Of a DNA stretch of 64,000 nucleotides, positions 1 to 9,937 are shown piece by piece. The position numbers and the translations under genes are program-made. The notes under the pieces were generated by a model. That model worked only from the letters and a program-made list of their open reading frames with translations, was not told where the DNA came from and did no database searches. Each line of letters opens with the position of its first letter. Positions within the stretch are counted from its first letter, which is position 1. The stretch spans positions 64,001-128,000 of the forward strand of contig JBBRAE010000003.1 in assembly GCA_038207085.1 (NCBI GenBank), in the 5' to 3' direction. This DNA comes from Armatimonadota bacterium. Lineage in GTDB: Bacteria > Armatimonadota > UBA5829 > DTLH01.

Positions 1-55
1 GGCGTGTTACATACTCTGGAAGCTAACAGAATGTTCCAACCCTCGCCATTCCCAG

Positions 56-86
56 CTAGCGACTAGCAACTGACAACTGGCGACTA
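56..86. repeat. Degenerate heptamer tandem repeat
   Basis: ctagcga-ctagcaa-ctgacaa-ctggcga-cta, just past the stop of the kinase gene. Confidence 0.7.
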
Positions 87-97
87 CCCCCTATCCC

Positions 98-2731
98 CTA
101 CTCCACCTTGCTCCAAAGATCCGGCACGGAATCGAGGCTTATCACATTCTGCTCTTTGCGAGAGCAGAGCATCACTACGACGGTGCCCTGAGGCCCGGTA
201 GATAGCAGCACCCGGTCGGCGGAGTCGAGGATCACCGAATAACCCAGACCGAGTGACGGTCTAGTGGAAAACCCTCTCATCAAGGTGGCTTTGGAAAGAA
301 TCAGGGAGTCGATTCCAGGCCCGTGGTCTCTCACAGCAACCCAAAACCCGTCTTCATACGTCCCGCAGAAGAGTTCGCCGCCGTCCGCGTGCCTCAGAGC
401 GTTTGTGATCGCTTCACCGACACCGAGCATGAACGTGTCGAACCTGTCGAGGTGCCCGCCCTTGTCTATCAGATAAGCCTTAGCCGCCGCCCTACTTATC
501 GACACGTCCTGCGGGACCGAAATCTGCCGCGTCATATCCGCCGAGTTCAAATACGGCTCCACCTCGAACGGGTCACATACCTCAAGCTTGCCATCGGTGA
601 CGCTTTTGATCGTCTCGCGGTAGAACAGCTTCTTGGTCTCCTCGGCGTGACGAAGCGCATCCTCACTTCGTCGATGATCGATGATCCGCCACATCCCACT
701 CATTAGAAGCGATAGTTGCCGCACGTCGGAGTCGTCGTAGGGTGTTTCTTTGTTTGCGACCCCTGCAACCGCGACGATCTTGTCGCCATCCATAATTGGA
801 ACGCCCATATGCCTGCGAATCGGCAGGTGTCCCTCCGGCAGACCGCGTTTTCCAGGCACCGGGCCGGAGTATTCGTTCGTGACGACTGGTTGACGCTGCC
901 TGACGGTATCTCCCCAGAGTCCGGTTTCTTCCACTTTGTATACCGTAGGTTTGTCCGCAACGTTGCAGTTCTGACTTGCTGCCATTGACCAGGCGTACAT
1001 CGTCAGAACGGTCTCATCGTCGTTTAGCATAGCCCAATAGCCGTACTCGCTGTGGGTCAGTTTGACCCCTTCTTCAAGGGCGAAATCGGCAAGCTGCTGT
1101 ATGGGAGCCTCGGTCATTCGGTTCAGGCGCACAAGAGCATGGAGCCGGGCTTCATTTAGTTTGATCACGTCCTCAGCACGCTTGAGCTTTGTCACATCGT
1201 TGATGATGGTAAGCAGGTGACACCTGCCATCGATATCAATAAACTCGATTGACATTAGCACATCGATGAGCTCGCTGAGCTTGGTGCGTAACTTCCCTTC
1301 CACGTTATGCACCACTCGTCCGTCGTGTAACTGGCCCAAAACAGCTTCGCGGACTGCGTGATCGGCGCAGAACTCCAGATCCCCGATCGTTTGCCCAATT
1401 AGCTCATCCCTGCTGTACCCCATCGTGTTGACAAACGCATCGTTGATGTCGACGTAGTGTAAGTCCTCGAATGTCTGGATAGACATCATCGCTGGGTTGG
1501 AGCGAAATACCTTCGAGAACAACTCCTCGGAGGCCTGCAGAGCCATTACCGCGCGTTTCTGCTCGGTGATATCCTCATAGGTTCCCAACAAACCCACAAC
1601 TCGACCATCGACGTCCGTAAGAGGCAGCTTGCTGGTGTGAAGCCAGATAGTCCCGCCGTCAGGTGAAGTCTGAGGCTCTTCATAGTTAAGCTTGGGAACG
1701 CCGGTGGACATAACCTGCTTGTCATCTGCCCTGTAGAGCTCGGCTTGGTCTACCCAGGCATAATCGAAGTCCGTGGCGCCGACCATTTCATCAGGAGATG
1801 ATACCCCGGCATCTTCGGCAAACAGGCGATTGCAGCCGAGGTAAACGGAGTTCGTGTCTTTCCAGAATACTCGATCAGGGATCGTGTCGAGAACGAGCTG
1901 GAGCATCCGGCGGGACTCGTCGAGCTCCCTATCCATAGCCTTGCGCTCCGTCACGTCCCGACAGACGGCAAAGATCAACCCTTTGCTTGGAAGAGGTCTT
2001 GAGTTCCATGATATCCACCGATATGAGCCGTCTTTGCAAAGATACCTGTTCTCGAAGTTCACGACGGGTTCGCCGACGAGGAGCTTCTCACCGGCCTCAA
2101 CAGACGCATTCATGTCTTCGGGATGAATAAACTCTGTCCAAGGTTTGGATATCAGCTCTTCTTCCGACCAGCCGAGTGTCCTCGTCCACGCCGGATTGAT
2201 CTGTTTGAAGTAACCATCAAAGCTTGCAACGCAGAGCATATCGAGCGACAGATCAAATAGCCGGTCACGGTCGGCTTCAGCATGTGCAAGCGCGGTCTCG
2301 ACGCGTTTTCGCTCGGAGATATCACGAAATATCCCCTGAAGCACCGTCTTGCCCCCTGGCAGGTTGACGACGCCGGAACTGATCTCAACCGGAATGTCCT
2401 GCCCGTCCGACGCCCTCACCACGGCCTCGGTTACTGCAGACCCGTCGGAGACCACGCTCGACCTGAAAAACTCGCGATAATAGTCTGCGTCTTCAGGGGG
2501 GTGCAGCTCGGACTGGTGCATACCGACGATCTGGTTTTTGGAACGTTTCAGAAGCACCTCTGCCTGCCGATTTGCGTCAACAATCACCCCGGTTCCGGCG
2601 TCAGCTACGATGATCGCATCACGGGCGCCGTCAATGAGCGCTGTGAGGCTGTCAGCATAGACCTTGGCCTCGTGGCATTTGGCCGGGTGCGTCATCCTGT
2701 AAGACAGATTGCTCTTCGTGAGCCGCAGCAT
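98..2731 (-). CDS. Multi-PAS + GAF sensor with C-terminal RsbW/RsbT-type (HATPase_c_2) kinase domain
   Basis: Four PAS/PAC units, a GAF domain ([12 protein letters not shown]), N-box [10 protein letters not shown]1 DHGPGI, G2 GLGY. No HisKA H-box seen. SD GAGGTG. Confidence 0.85.
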   Translation of the reverse strand: MLRLTKSNLSYRMTHPAKCHEAKVYADSLTALIDGARDAIIVADAGTGVIVDANRQAEVLLKRSKNQIVGMHQSELHPPEDADYYREFFRSSVVSDGSAVTEAVVRASDGQDIPVEISSGVVNLPGGKTVLQGIFRDISERKRVETALAHAEADRDRLFDLSLDMLCVASFDGYFKQINPAWTRTLGWSEEELISKPWTEFIHPEDMNASVEAGEKLLVGEPVVNFENRYLCKDGSYRWISWNSRPLPSKGLIFAVCRDVTERKAMDRELDESRRMLQLVLDTIPDRVFWKDTNSVYLGCNRLFAEDAGVSSPDEMVGATDFDYAWVDQAELYRADDKQVMSTGVPKLNYEEPQTSPDGGTIWLHTSKLPLTDVDGRVVGLLGTYEDITEQKRAVMALQASEELFSKVFRSNPAMMSIQTFEDLHYVDINDAFVNTMGYSRDELIGQTIGDLEFCADHAVREAVLGQLHDGRVVHNVEGKLRTKLSELIDVLMSIEFIDIDGRCHLLTIINDVTKLKRAEDVIKLNEARLHALVRLNRMTEAPIQQLADFALEEGVKLTHSEYGYWAMLNDDETVLTMYAWSMAASQNCNVADKPTVYKVEETGLWGDTVRQRQPVVTNEYSGPVPGKRGLPEGHLPIRRHMGVPIMDGDKIVAVAGVANKETPYDDSDVRQLSLLMSGMWRIIDHRRSEDALRHAEETKKLFYRETIKSVTDGKLEVCDPFEVEPYLNSADMTRQISVPQDVSISRAAAKAYLIDKGGHLDRFDTFMLGVGEAITNALRHADGGELFCGTYEDGFWVAVRDHGPGIDSLILSKATLMRGFSTRPSLGLGYSVILDSADRVLLSTGPQGTVVVMLCSRKEQNVISLDSVPDLWSKVE

Positions 2732-2753
2732 AATCTACACCTCTCAATGGTGT

Positions 2754-2780
2754 ATACCCCCTACCAAGGCACTATAAATC
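2754..2780 (-). promoter_or_regulatory. SigB/SigF-like promoter candidate
   Basis: GATT-N17-GGGTAT, 22 nt upstream of the kinase ATG. Confidence 0.4.
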
Positions 2781-2809
2781 AGCCTGTCTCAGCCACATAA
2801 CTCGATGCC

Positions 2810-2836
2810 GTTTCGCAAGCGATGTCCGCTGGGTAA
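2810..2836 (+). promoter_or_regulatory. SigB/SigF-like promoter candidate
   Basis: GTTT-N17-GGGTAA upstream of the ORF at 2909. Confidence 0.5.
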
Positions 2837-2908
2837 ATCTTAATAGCTTTACTCAAGCAGGCTGACTCAGGGGCAAACTCGCTCACACCAGCCTGCCGGA
2901 GGCGATTT

Positions 2909-3514
2909 ATGGCCGACGAAAGAAAACTATCACAGGAAGAACAGAAGCGTTTGGACGAAGAGGCGCAAGTGGCCTCCGAGGAAAGAGACTTGGCAATGGA
3001 TGCCGCCGCAGAGTCGGCAGCAAGAGAGGCAATAGCCACCGAGATCGCCCGAACACGGACTGAACAGGCATTACGGGCGCAGACGCAAGCGAACCAAATG
3101 AACACTATGCGCCAGGCGGCGCAGTCTCGTGCAGATCACGCGGAAACCGAGGCGGAGTCAAACAGGTTCGGGTTCTATATGCTGCTTGGGATCATCATTG
3201 CGGTGATCGTCGTGACCAGCATGTGGCTTCTTACCAGGACCCCGCAAACCGAGGCTGCAAACCCGACTATGCCCGTGGAGACCCAGCCAGCACAGCCTCT
3301 GGTTCCACAATCACAGCCGAGTCAGCCGACGACGGTAGTGGTACCGGTCCCCTCCCCGCCTGTAATCGTAGAACGGGAGAGGCCTGCACCTGAAAAACCG
3401 TCCACCGTGATCGTAAACCCGCCGGCAAGGCAGGAAAACGATCAGCCGAGGCAACAGAACACCCAGCCTCAGGCACCATCAGACTCCGGAACTACTTCAC
3501 CAAGCGGGCAGTGA
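2909..3514 (+). CDS. Hypothetical single-pass membrane protein
   Basis: SD GGAGG; Ala/Glu-rich helical N-terminus, one TM (FYMLLGIIIAVIVVTSMWLL), Pro/Gln-rich tail. Confidence 0.85.
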   Translation: MADERKLSQEEQKRLDEEAQVASEERDLAMDAAAESAAREAIATEIARTRTEQALRAQTQANQMNTMRQAAQSRADHAETEAESNRFGFYMLLGIIIAVIVVTSMWLLTRTPQTEAANPTMPVETQPAQPLVPQSQPSQPTTVVVPVPSPPVIVERERPAPEKPSTVIVNPPARQENDQPRQQNTQPQAPSDSGTTSPSGQ

Positions 3515-3525
3515 CAACAGTATCA

Positions 3526-3555
3526 GGGATGGCGGGCCGCTCGACCCGTCATCCC
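3526..3555. terminator. Hairpin between convergent genes
   Basis: gggatggcggg / cccgtcatccc 11-bp stem with one G-U pair. Confidence 0.6.
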
Positions 3556-3563
3556 AACAAATA

Positions 3564-3842
3564 CTACGCATTGTCCTCAGGAAACTGCTTGCCCTTTTCG
3601 ATGGCTTCGGCGATCAGCCTCTGTGCGGCCTCCAGGCGGGACTCCGGCACGTAAAGCGTCTCCTCGGCAAGCGGGCCGATGCTGAACGGGAACGCGTCTT
3701 CCGCGGAGTCGCCCCGCTCGACGACGGGAATCCCGCCCTCGGTCAAAATCCCTTTGACTATCTCAGCTTCGATGTCGTCCTCGGCAAAGAACACCGGAAC
3801 GAACGATTGATTCTCATACTCGCTCATATCGTGGTCAGTCAC
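3564..3842 (-). CDS. DUF2007-like putative signal-transducing protein
   Basis: EAEIVKGILTEGGI...LYVPE..LEAA motif; SD GAGGAGG before GTG. Confidence 0.8.
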   Translation of the reverse strand: MTDHDMSEYENQSFVPVFFAEDDIEAEIVKGILTEGGIPVVERGDSAEDAFPFSIGPLAEETLYVPESRLEAAQRLIAEAIEKGKQFPEDNA

Positions 3843-3893
3843 GTTGATATCGTCCTCCTCAGGAATATACCGGTGGCGCTCACGCGCCAGCCT

Positions 3894-3953
3894 TTAAGAG
3901 ACGGCGCAGATAGCGCCGTTGATCCGGCAGGTTTCGCCAAAACAGAGTTTCAT
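3894..3953 (-). CDS. Small ORF MKLCFGETCRINGAICAVS (possible leader peptide)
   Basis: Strong SD GAGGAGGT about 7 nt before ATG; TAA at 3896-3894; below the ORF-track size cutoff. Confidence 0.5.
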   Translation of the reverse strand: MKLCFGETCRINGAICAVS

Positions 3954-4100
3954 CTCAGCCACCTCCTCTTGCACAAATTGTTTATTCCCCAACTCTGCCA
4001 TATATCAAGCAACGGATTCCACACATTCGCAGGCAAGGAGCATGCGGGCTCTGCGTCTAAGTAGTAATAGCAGTAAGTTTGTTGTGAAAGGGATTGTTAG

Positions 4101-5189
4101 ATGAAATACCGTCCGCTAGGAAAAACTGGACTCCAAGTGTCTGCGCTTGCTATGGGATGCATGCGTCTGCCGGAGAACGACCCGGAACTCTCCGCACAGG
4201 TCGTCGACGCCGCAATCGCCGCTGGAGTAAACTATTTTGAGACCACCCGCTGGTATATCGACGGCAAGTGCCAGCACCTGACCGCCCCGGGACTGAAGGG
4301 CCGCAGCCGCGGGCTGATCGTCTCGGGCAAAGCCGGAGTAAGCGAAGAGACGACCGCTGACGAATATCGCAAAGAGATCGACCTTCAGATGGAGATCCTC
4401 GGGGTCGATTACCTCGAGTTCTGGCAGGTCGGCTGGTTCAGCTTGAAGGCGCTGCCGTGGCTTATGAAGAAGGGCGGCGCTCTTGATGCGCTCAACAAGG
4501 CCCGAAGCGAGGGGATCATCGGCCACATCGGCTTCACGGGTCATGACACCCCCGAGAACTTCACCAAACTGATCGAGACCGGCCTGTTCGACAGCCTGAC
4601 TCTCCCCTACAGCCTGATCCACCGCGATTACTCGCCGACGATCAAGCGCGCGGGTGAGTTGGGCGTCGGTGTGATCGCAATGTGCCCTGTCTCCGGCGGT
4701 CTTCTCTCAAGCCCATCGGCCCAGATCCAGGACCTGATCCCCGGCGGCGCGAAGACGACCACCGAAGCCGCCTTCAAGTTCGTGCTGGCCAACCCCGACG
4801 TCTCCTGCGCCTGTTCGGGTATGAACACGCTTGCGATGATCGAAGAAAACGCAGCAACAATCGACTCATTCACGGGAATGTCCGACTCCGATACGCTGCG
4901 AATGAACGAGATATTGGATGAGTTCGCAAGTCTGGGCAAAAAGTTCTGCACTACCTGCGGCTACTGCAAAGACTGCCCCCAGGGCGTAGACATCCCCGGC
5001 AATTTGAGAATGTACAACCTTGCGACAATCTACGGCCTGATGGGCTGGGCCCGCGAGGAATACGGCAAAATGGACCCCGCCAAGCGCGCCGACGCCTGCA
5101 TAGAGTGCGGCGAGTGCGAGCCCAAGTGCCCAAACGAGCTCTCAATCATCGAAAACCTGGCCAAGGTCCACGGAGAACTCACAAGATAG
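4101..5189 (+). CDS. Aldo/keto reductase with C-terminal 2x[4Fe-4S] domain
   Basis: MKYRPLGKTG..VSALAMGCMRLP N-terminus; CTTCGYCKDC and CIECGECEPKCP. Confidence 0.92.
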   Translation: MKYRPLGKTGLQVSALAMGCMRLPENDPELSAQVVDAAIAAGVNYFETTRWYIDGKCQHLTAPGLKGRSRGLIVSGKAGVSEETTADEYRKEIDLQMEILGVDYLEFWQVGWFSLKALPWLMKKGGALDALNKARSEGIIGHIGFTGHDTPENFTKLIETGLFDSLTLPYSLIHRDYSPTIKRAGELGVGVIAMCPVSGGLLSSPSAQIQDLIPGGAKTTTEAAFKFVLANPDVSCACSGMNTLAMIEENAATIDSFTGMSDSDTLRMNEILDEFASLGKKFCTTCGYCKDCPQGVDIPGNLRMYNLATIYGLMGWAREEYGKMDPAKRADACIECGECEPKCPNELSIIENLAKVHGELTR

Positions 5190-5217
5190 TCTGTACAAGA
5201 TCACACGATACGATCAC

Positions 5218-5326
5218 GATCGCCGGGGAGATCCCTCCCCGGCGCAAGTCCCAGGGACATTCGTCCCCAACAACTGATCGATTGCGATGTTGTATGCTTG
5301 GGGAGAAAAGGTGACAGACACCTTTT
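5218..5326. repeat. Cluster of REP-like hairpins
   Basis: gat-cgccggggag-atcc-ctccccggcg (5218-5244); gggac-attc-gtccc; aaaaggtg-acaga-cacctttt (5306-5326). Confidence 0.55.
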
Positions 5327-5394
5327 TGCTATACTTCGACGCCACCATCACAGTGCAAATCCACCGCCTGCCTATAGAAACGTCTAAAACGAAC

Positions 5395-5424
5395 TCAGCC
5401 GCCAGACCGAAGTCCGGCGGCTGA
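5395..5424 (-). terminator. Intrinsic terminator candidate
   Basis: Minus strand tcagccgccggac-UUCG-gtctggcggctga followed by gttcgtttt; heptamers ctgatac/ctgatag/ctgaaag/ctaagag lie at 5421-5448. Confidence 0.65.
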
Positions 5425-5449
5425 TACCTGATAGCTGAAAGCTAAGAGC

Positions 5450-7387
5450 TTACTTGTCCAAGAACCCTTCGGGCCTGGCGATCTGCTGGCCGTTCACGAA
5501 AAGCTCCAGCTTGTTCATGTCGACGGTAACGACGGTGCCATCGGCGAAGCGGCTCTCGCGCACACCGTCGGCGATCTCTTTGTGATCCATCAGCTCGACG
5601 GTCTGCAGGTAGCCGTACTGCTTCAGGGTGAGGTCGTACATCGCCTTGTGGGCGCGGGCGCGAGTCTCGTTGAACTCAGGCATCACAAACGGGCGGGTCG
5701 ACCACTCGTCTCTCGGGTGATCGCCCCACAGGACGGTTTCGATCGCCGACTTCCATGTAGGCCCCGAGGCGTTTTCGTTGATGATCAACCCATGCAGCGC
5801 GAGTTCGTAGATCGGGACGACCTCGTCGATCAGCGAGAAAATAGGCCAGGAGGTCTCGCAATGGTCGAGATGATAGGCCTTGGGGCGCGCCGCGACGATA
5901 TCGGCGTCGATTGCGCAGTACAAGAACCCGCTCTCGCACGCCGCAGAGCCGAAAACCTTCTGCGCGGTCTTGAGAACGTTGTTCTGCCCGCGCATAAACT
6001 CACCGCGCGAGCCCTTGTGCTTGGGATGATAGTTCACCTCAAGCGGCTGGCCCATATAGTCCATATAGTAGCTGCCGATGATGCCAAGACCTTTCATCTT
6101 GAGCATGTGACCCTCAAGTCGCTCGTATGGAAGCGCCGAAGGCCAGTGGGAGCACTCGATCCCGCCTGCCCACCAGCCGTGGATAAGCGGCTCGCCGTAG
6201 AAATCATGCACGAGGAGGTCGGTGTCGATATCGGGAGCATCAAGGCAGCCCATCATGAAGTTATCATGGACGTTCATGTTGAACCCGAGCGAGTTCCCAA
6301 GCGCAATAAGCTCGCGGAACCCCTCCTCGCCGCCCAAGCGCTCTTCGACTGGGAAGCGGGTCGGGTAAGCCCCGTCGTGGCCGCGCATATTCCAGCCGAC
6401 GGCCTGGGTCAGGACCTTCTCGACTCCGACGGAATGGAGCATCTGAAGGTGCTCCCCAGCCTCGGCAAAGGTCATGCAGTTGACGAACGAAACAGGGTTG
6501 GTCTTGTCTGCGCCCACCATCACATAGCCAGCATTTTCGATCCCGTGGAACATCTTCATGATGTAAGCTTCAAGCGCATAGGCGACTTCAGGAGACTCAT
6601 TCGCGCGCTCCGCAAGCGACTTCTTGCCGAGGTCGTCCATCACGTGCCGCCTGAGCCTTTTCGCGATAAAGACGACGGGGTCGGCGTCGGCGGGGATCGG
6701 CGCAAACCGAAACTCGCGGCGCTCCGTGTCTACGGGGTCCGGCCAGAACTGGCGAAGCGAGAAGGCAAAGCTGACAGATCCGTTACCCTGTCCGTCGGTT
6801 TCGACGCGGCAGTTGGCGTCGTATGCTCCCTGGGTCGCGACGGCCATCATACCACCGTCGGCTTCGAACGCGCCGCAGACCGGCACCGATGGCATAAGCT
6901 CCCAGCGGTCCTGCTCGCCGTAGACGAGGACCCTATCGCAGAGCTTAGCCTTGTTCGCGGGGTCGAACGCAACACCGGTGTTGATCGGCAGGACAATCTT
7001 GCCGCCCGCCGATGCGCTCATCATACCGGGGAGGATTTCGACCTCAAAAAGCCTGTGCAGCGCCAATTCGCGCTCGTAGACCTCACCGGGAGAGAGCGTG
7101 ACAGAGAGCTCACCGTCGAGTATGCGAAGCCACAGACCAACATCGCACTTCATTGTGTTGTCGCCGATCACGACATGCAGCGCGCCTCGCACTTCTTCAA
7201 CGAGGTCGATGCGGTATTTCCTGATCGGGGACGTCCTGCGAAGGGGCTTTTCGTGCGCATAAAGCGTGACAAGCGGGGTCTTGGGCCACGATTTCCCGCC
7301 CGCGAGGTCACGCACTTCAAGCCAGAGCGCATCCTCTTCCTGGGTAAGCGTCACAGCCAACCGGTTGTCTTTCAGTTGCCAACTCAT
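5450..7387 (-). CDS. DUF5696-like / GH129-GH101-related putative glycoside hydrolase
   Basis: GWNMRGHDGAYP, HDNF, YMD, ESG and VPIYELALHG motifs; no signal peptide. Confidence 0.65.
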   Translation of the reverse strand: MSWQLKDNRLAVTLTQEEDALWLEVRDLAGGKSWPKTPLVTLYAHEKPLRRTSPIRKYRIDLVEEVRGALHVVIGDNTMKCDVGLWLRILDGELSVTLSPGEVYERELALHRLFEVEILPGMMSASAGGKIVLPINTGVAFDPANKAKLCDRVLVYGEQDRWELMPSVPVCGAFEADGGMMAVATQGAYDANCRVETDGQGNGSVSFAFSLRQFWPDPVDTERREFRFAPIPADADPVVFIAKRLRRHVMDDLGKKSLAERANESPEVAYALEAYIMKMFHGIENAGYVMVGADKTNPVSFVNCMTFAEAGEHLQMLHSVGVEKVLTQAVGWNMRGHDGAYPTRFPVEERLGGEEGFRELIALGNSLGFNMNVHDNFMMGCLDAPDIDTDLLVHDFYGEPLIHGWWAGGIECSHWPSALPYERLEGHMLKMKGLGIIGSYYMDYMGQPLEVNYHPKHKGSRGEFMRGQNNVLKTAQKVFGSAACESGFLYCAIDADIVAARPKAYHLDHCETSWPIFSLIDEVVPIYELALHGLIINENASGPTWKSAIETVLWGDHPRDEWSTRPFVMPEFNETRARAHKAMYDLTLKQYGYLQTVELMDHKEIADGVRESRFADGTVVTVDMNKLELFVNGQQIARPEGFLDK

Positions 7388-7412
7388 AATAATCTTTCAC
7401 CTTTTCTGAGCT

Positions 7413-8555
7413 TTAGAAATTGATTTTATGTCGGCGCATTCCAATGCCTACCAATAGGCCAAGCGCCATCATATTCGCAAGCAGATTGCTCCCGCCGTAG
7501 CTAAATAGCGGCAGAGGCACACCCGTAACCGGCATCACACCAAGCGTCATCCCGATGTTCTCCACAATGTGAAACAAGAACATCGCGACGACCCCGGCCG
7601 CCGTAAATCGCCCAATGCTGTCCTCGGTCTCGGACATAATCACGAGACCCTTCCAAACCAGTACAAAATATAATAGCAGAAGCAGGCCGGCTCCTACAAA
7701 TCCCAACTCTTCGCCGACGACGGTAAAGATGAAGTCCGTGTGCCTCTCGGGGATAAACCCGAGCTGTCCCTGCGTGCCGTGAAGGTAGCCGCGCCCCGTA
7801 GTTTGGCCCGAGCCTATCGCAATCCGGGACTGGATCACGTGGTAGCCGGTGTTTCGCGGGTCCACTTCGGGGTTGATGAACGACGCGAGACGCTTCTTCT
7901 GATACTCCTTGAAGACGGGGTGTACGTGCTTGCCGAATGTCTTTTCTATAAACGTCGGCCCGTGCCAGCCGACGACTCCCATCACGGCGACGATTCCTAT
8001 CAGAACGGCGAGGTGCTTTGCGCGCGCGCCTGCGACAAACACCATCCCAAACCAGATAGACATCAGCACCATCGATGTCCCAAGGTCGGGCTGGCCCATA
8101 ACGAGTATCAAAGTAGCCCCGACCCACATAAGCGACTTCAGAAACACAGGAAGCTCACCGATGTGGTCGCTGTTACGGGAAAGATAGACCGCAAGCGCCA
8201 TAATGACGGCGACCTTGGCAAACTCCGATGGCTGAACGCCGAACCCTCCGAACCCAAACCAGCTCTTCGCGCCGTTTCGCTCCTGTCCAACTGCGAGCAC
8301 CGCGACAAGGAGCAGAATATTGACACCGTAGACCCAACGGAGTATCCTCGGATAGCTCTTGTGGTCAAAAGAGACGGCGAGCGCAAAGGCAATCGCACCG
8401 CCGATGGCCCACATGAGCTGTCGGTGCACGAGCGACGTGCCAAGCGCCCCACCACGGCTTGCGCTATAAATCGTCGCAAGCCCGTATATAATGACGAGCA
8501 CCATCACGAGCACGAGGCCAATATCAAAGTTTTTCAGTAATCTACGTTCCACCAT
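7413..8555 (-). CDS. rodA: Rod shape-determining SEDS glycosyltransferase RodA
   Basis: QPSEFAK, QPDLGT, QSRIAIGSG, PERHTDFIF, GVPLPLFSYGGS. Confidence 0.93.
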   Translation of the reverse strand: MVERRLLKNFDIGLVLVMVLVIIYGLATIYSASRGGALGTSLVHRQLMWAIGGAIAFALAVSFDHKSYPRILRWVYGVNILLLVAVLAVGQERNGAKSWFGFGGFGVQPSEFAKVAVIMALAVYLSRNSDHIGELPVFLKSLMWVGATLILVMGQPDLGTSMVLMSIWFGMVFVAGARAKHLAVLIGIVAVMGVVGWHGPTFIEKTFGKHVHPVFKEYQKKRLASFINPEVDPRNTGYHVIQSRIAIGSGQTTGRGYLHGTQGQLGFIPERHTDFIFTVVGEELGFVGAGLLLLLYFVLVWKGLVIMSETEDSIGRFTAAGVVAMFLFHIVENIGMTLGVMPVTGVPLPLFSYGGSNLLANMMALGLLVGIGMRRHKINF

Positions 8556-8647
8556 TTATCCGTCTTCTATTATAATGTATACTGACTCATCAAGCGAAGT
8601 AATTTATTTCAGGAGCCAACAGAAACGGCACTTATGGAGTTTGTCTA

Positions 8648-9937
8648 TTGAGAAATACGATCATGTGGGTCTTATTGTTTACGCTCGCTGCGGCGGCTGC
8701 GTCGGCAAACACGATCACCACATCAACGCTCGACAACGGCCTAAGGGTCGTCACCTATGAAGATCACTCCACCGATCTTGTGGCGGTCGACCTCTGGGTC
8801 GGCGCGGGGACGGTGAACGAGACTGGCGCAAACAGCGGCGTATCACACTTCATCGAGCACCTGCTCTTCCGGTCGACCGACAAACGCGGGCCGGGACAGG
8901 TGGATATGGAGATCGAAAGCCTCGGGGCGCTCCTTGAGGCGCGAACGAGCCGTGACTGGGCACACTACTTCACCGTGGTATCGACCAGATACACGGATAA
9001 GGCGCTCGACGTCGTTTCTGACGTCGCCTCGCACCCGAAGTTTCGCATAGAGGACATCGAGCACGAACGCGCCGTTATCCTGGACGAGATCGCCCGAAGC
9101 GACAGCGACCCGTTTTCCGTGCTCTCAGACAAGCTGTTTGCGACGGCCTACACGGTTCACCCCTATCGGCTCCCGGTCGCCGGAACGCGCAAGAGCGTGA
9201 TGGATATGACCCGCGAGCAGATCGTCGACTACTACAACAGCCTCTACGTGCCTGAGAATATGACCCTCGTCCTCGCAGGCGACATAACACCCGCCGACTC
9301 GCTCGCCGCAGCGAAGAAGGCGTTCTCCGAGCTGAAAAAACGACCACTTACTCTGCCTCAGACTCCAAAAGAGCCGGAGCGGACCAAAGAGTCGCGCGAC
9401 ACAGTCAAACGAAACACCAAACAGACCTACGTCGGAGTAGCCTTCGTCGGGCCGTCGATCAAGGACAGGCCGGACGTTTTCGCGATGGACGTGCTGGTCG
9501 CGCATCTGGGCATCGGCTACCAAAGCTGGCTTTCGACCGAGCTCAAAGACACGAAGAAGCTCGCGAGCCAGGTGCAGGGGGAGTATTTGACGCAGCGGGA
9601 CTCGGCGCTGATCATCCTGGCAGCCGCGACCGAACCCACCAAAGCCAAAGCCGCCGAAGCTGAAATACTTGCCAAAATGCAGTCGCTTCGGACCACGGGG
9701 GTAAGCGAGGCCGAGCTTCAACGGGCCAAACGCTGGATCCTCGGGACCAACGCCTTCGATGTCGAAACGTTCGCGGGGCGCGCTACCAATATGGGGTTCT
9801 ACTGCATCATCGGCGCGGGCGATGTCGCCGCCGACTACGCCAAGTGCGTGCGCGAAGTAACCGCGCAAAACGTGCTCGACGCCGCAAAGAAGTATCTCGA
9901 TCCGGCAAAAGCCGTCGTAGTGGAGGTGGGGCCTTGA
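8648..9937 (+). CDS. M16 zinc peptidase, catalytic subunit, signal peptide
   Basis: TLDNGL, GVSHFIEHLLF (HxxEH), HPYRLPVAG; TTG start. Confidence 0.9.
   Translation: MRNTIMWVLLFTLAAAAASANTITTSTLDNGLRVVTYEDHSTDLVAVDLWVGAGTVNETGANSGVSHFIEHLLFRSTDKRGPGQVDMEIESLGALLEARTSRDWAHYFTVVSTRYTDKALDVVSDVASHPKFRIEDIEHERAVILDEIARSDSDPFSVLSDKLFATAYTVHPYRLPVAGTRKSVMDMTREQIVDYYNSLYVPENMTLVLAGDITPADSLAAAKKAFSELKKRPLTLPQTPKEPERTKESRDTVKRNTKQTYVGVAFVGPSIKDRPDVFAMDVLVAHLGIGYQSWLSTELKDTKKLASQVQGEYLTQRDSALIILAAATEPTKAKAAEAEILAKMQSLRTTGVSEAELQRAKRWILGTNAFDVETFAGRATNMGFYCIIGAGDVAADYAKCVREVTAQNVLDAAKKYLDPAKAVVVEVGP

Noticed and set aside
5582..7423. 613-aa ORF on the + strand
   Set aside because: Antisense shadow of the DUF5696-like gene, typical of high-GC codon bias; no recognisable motifs.
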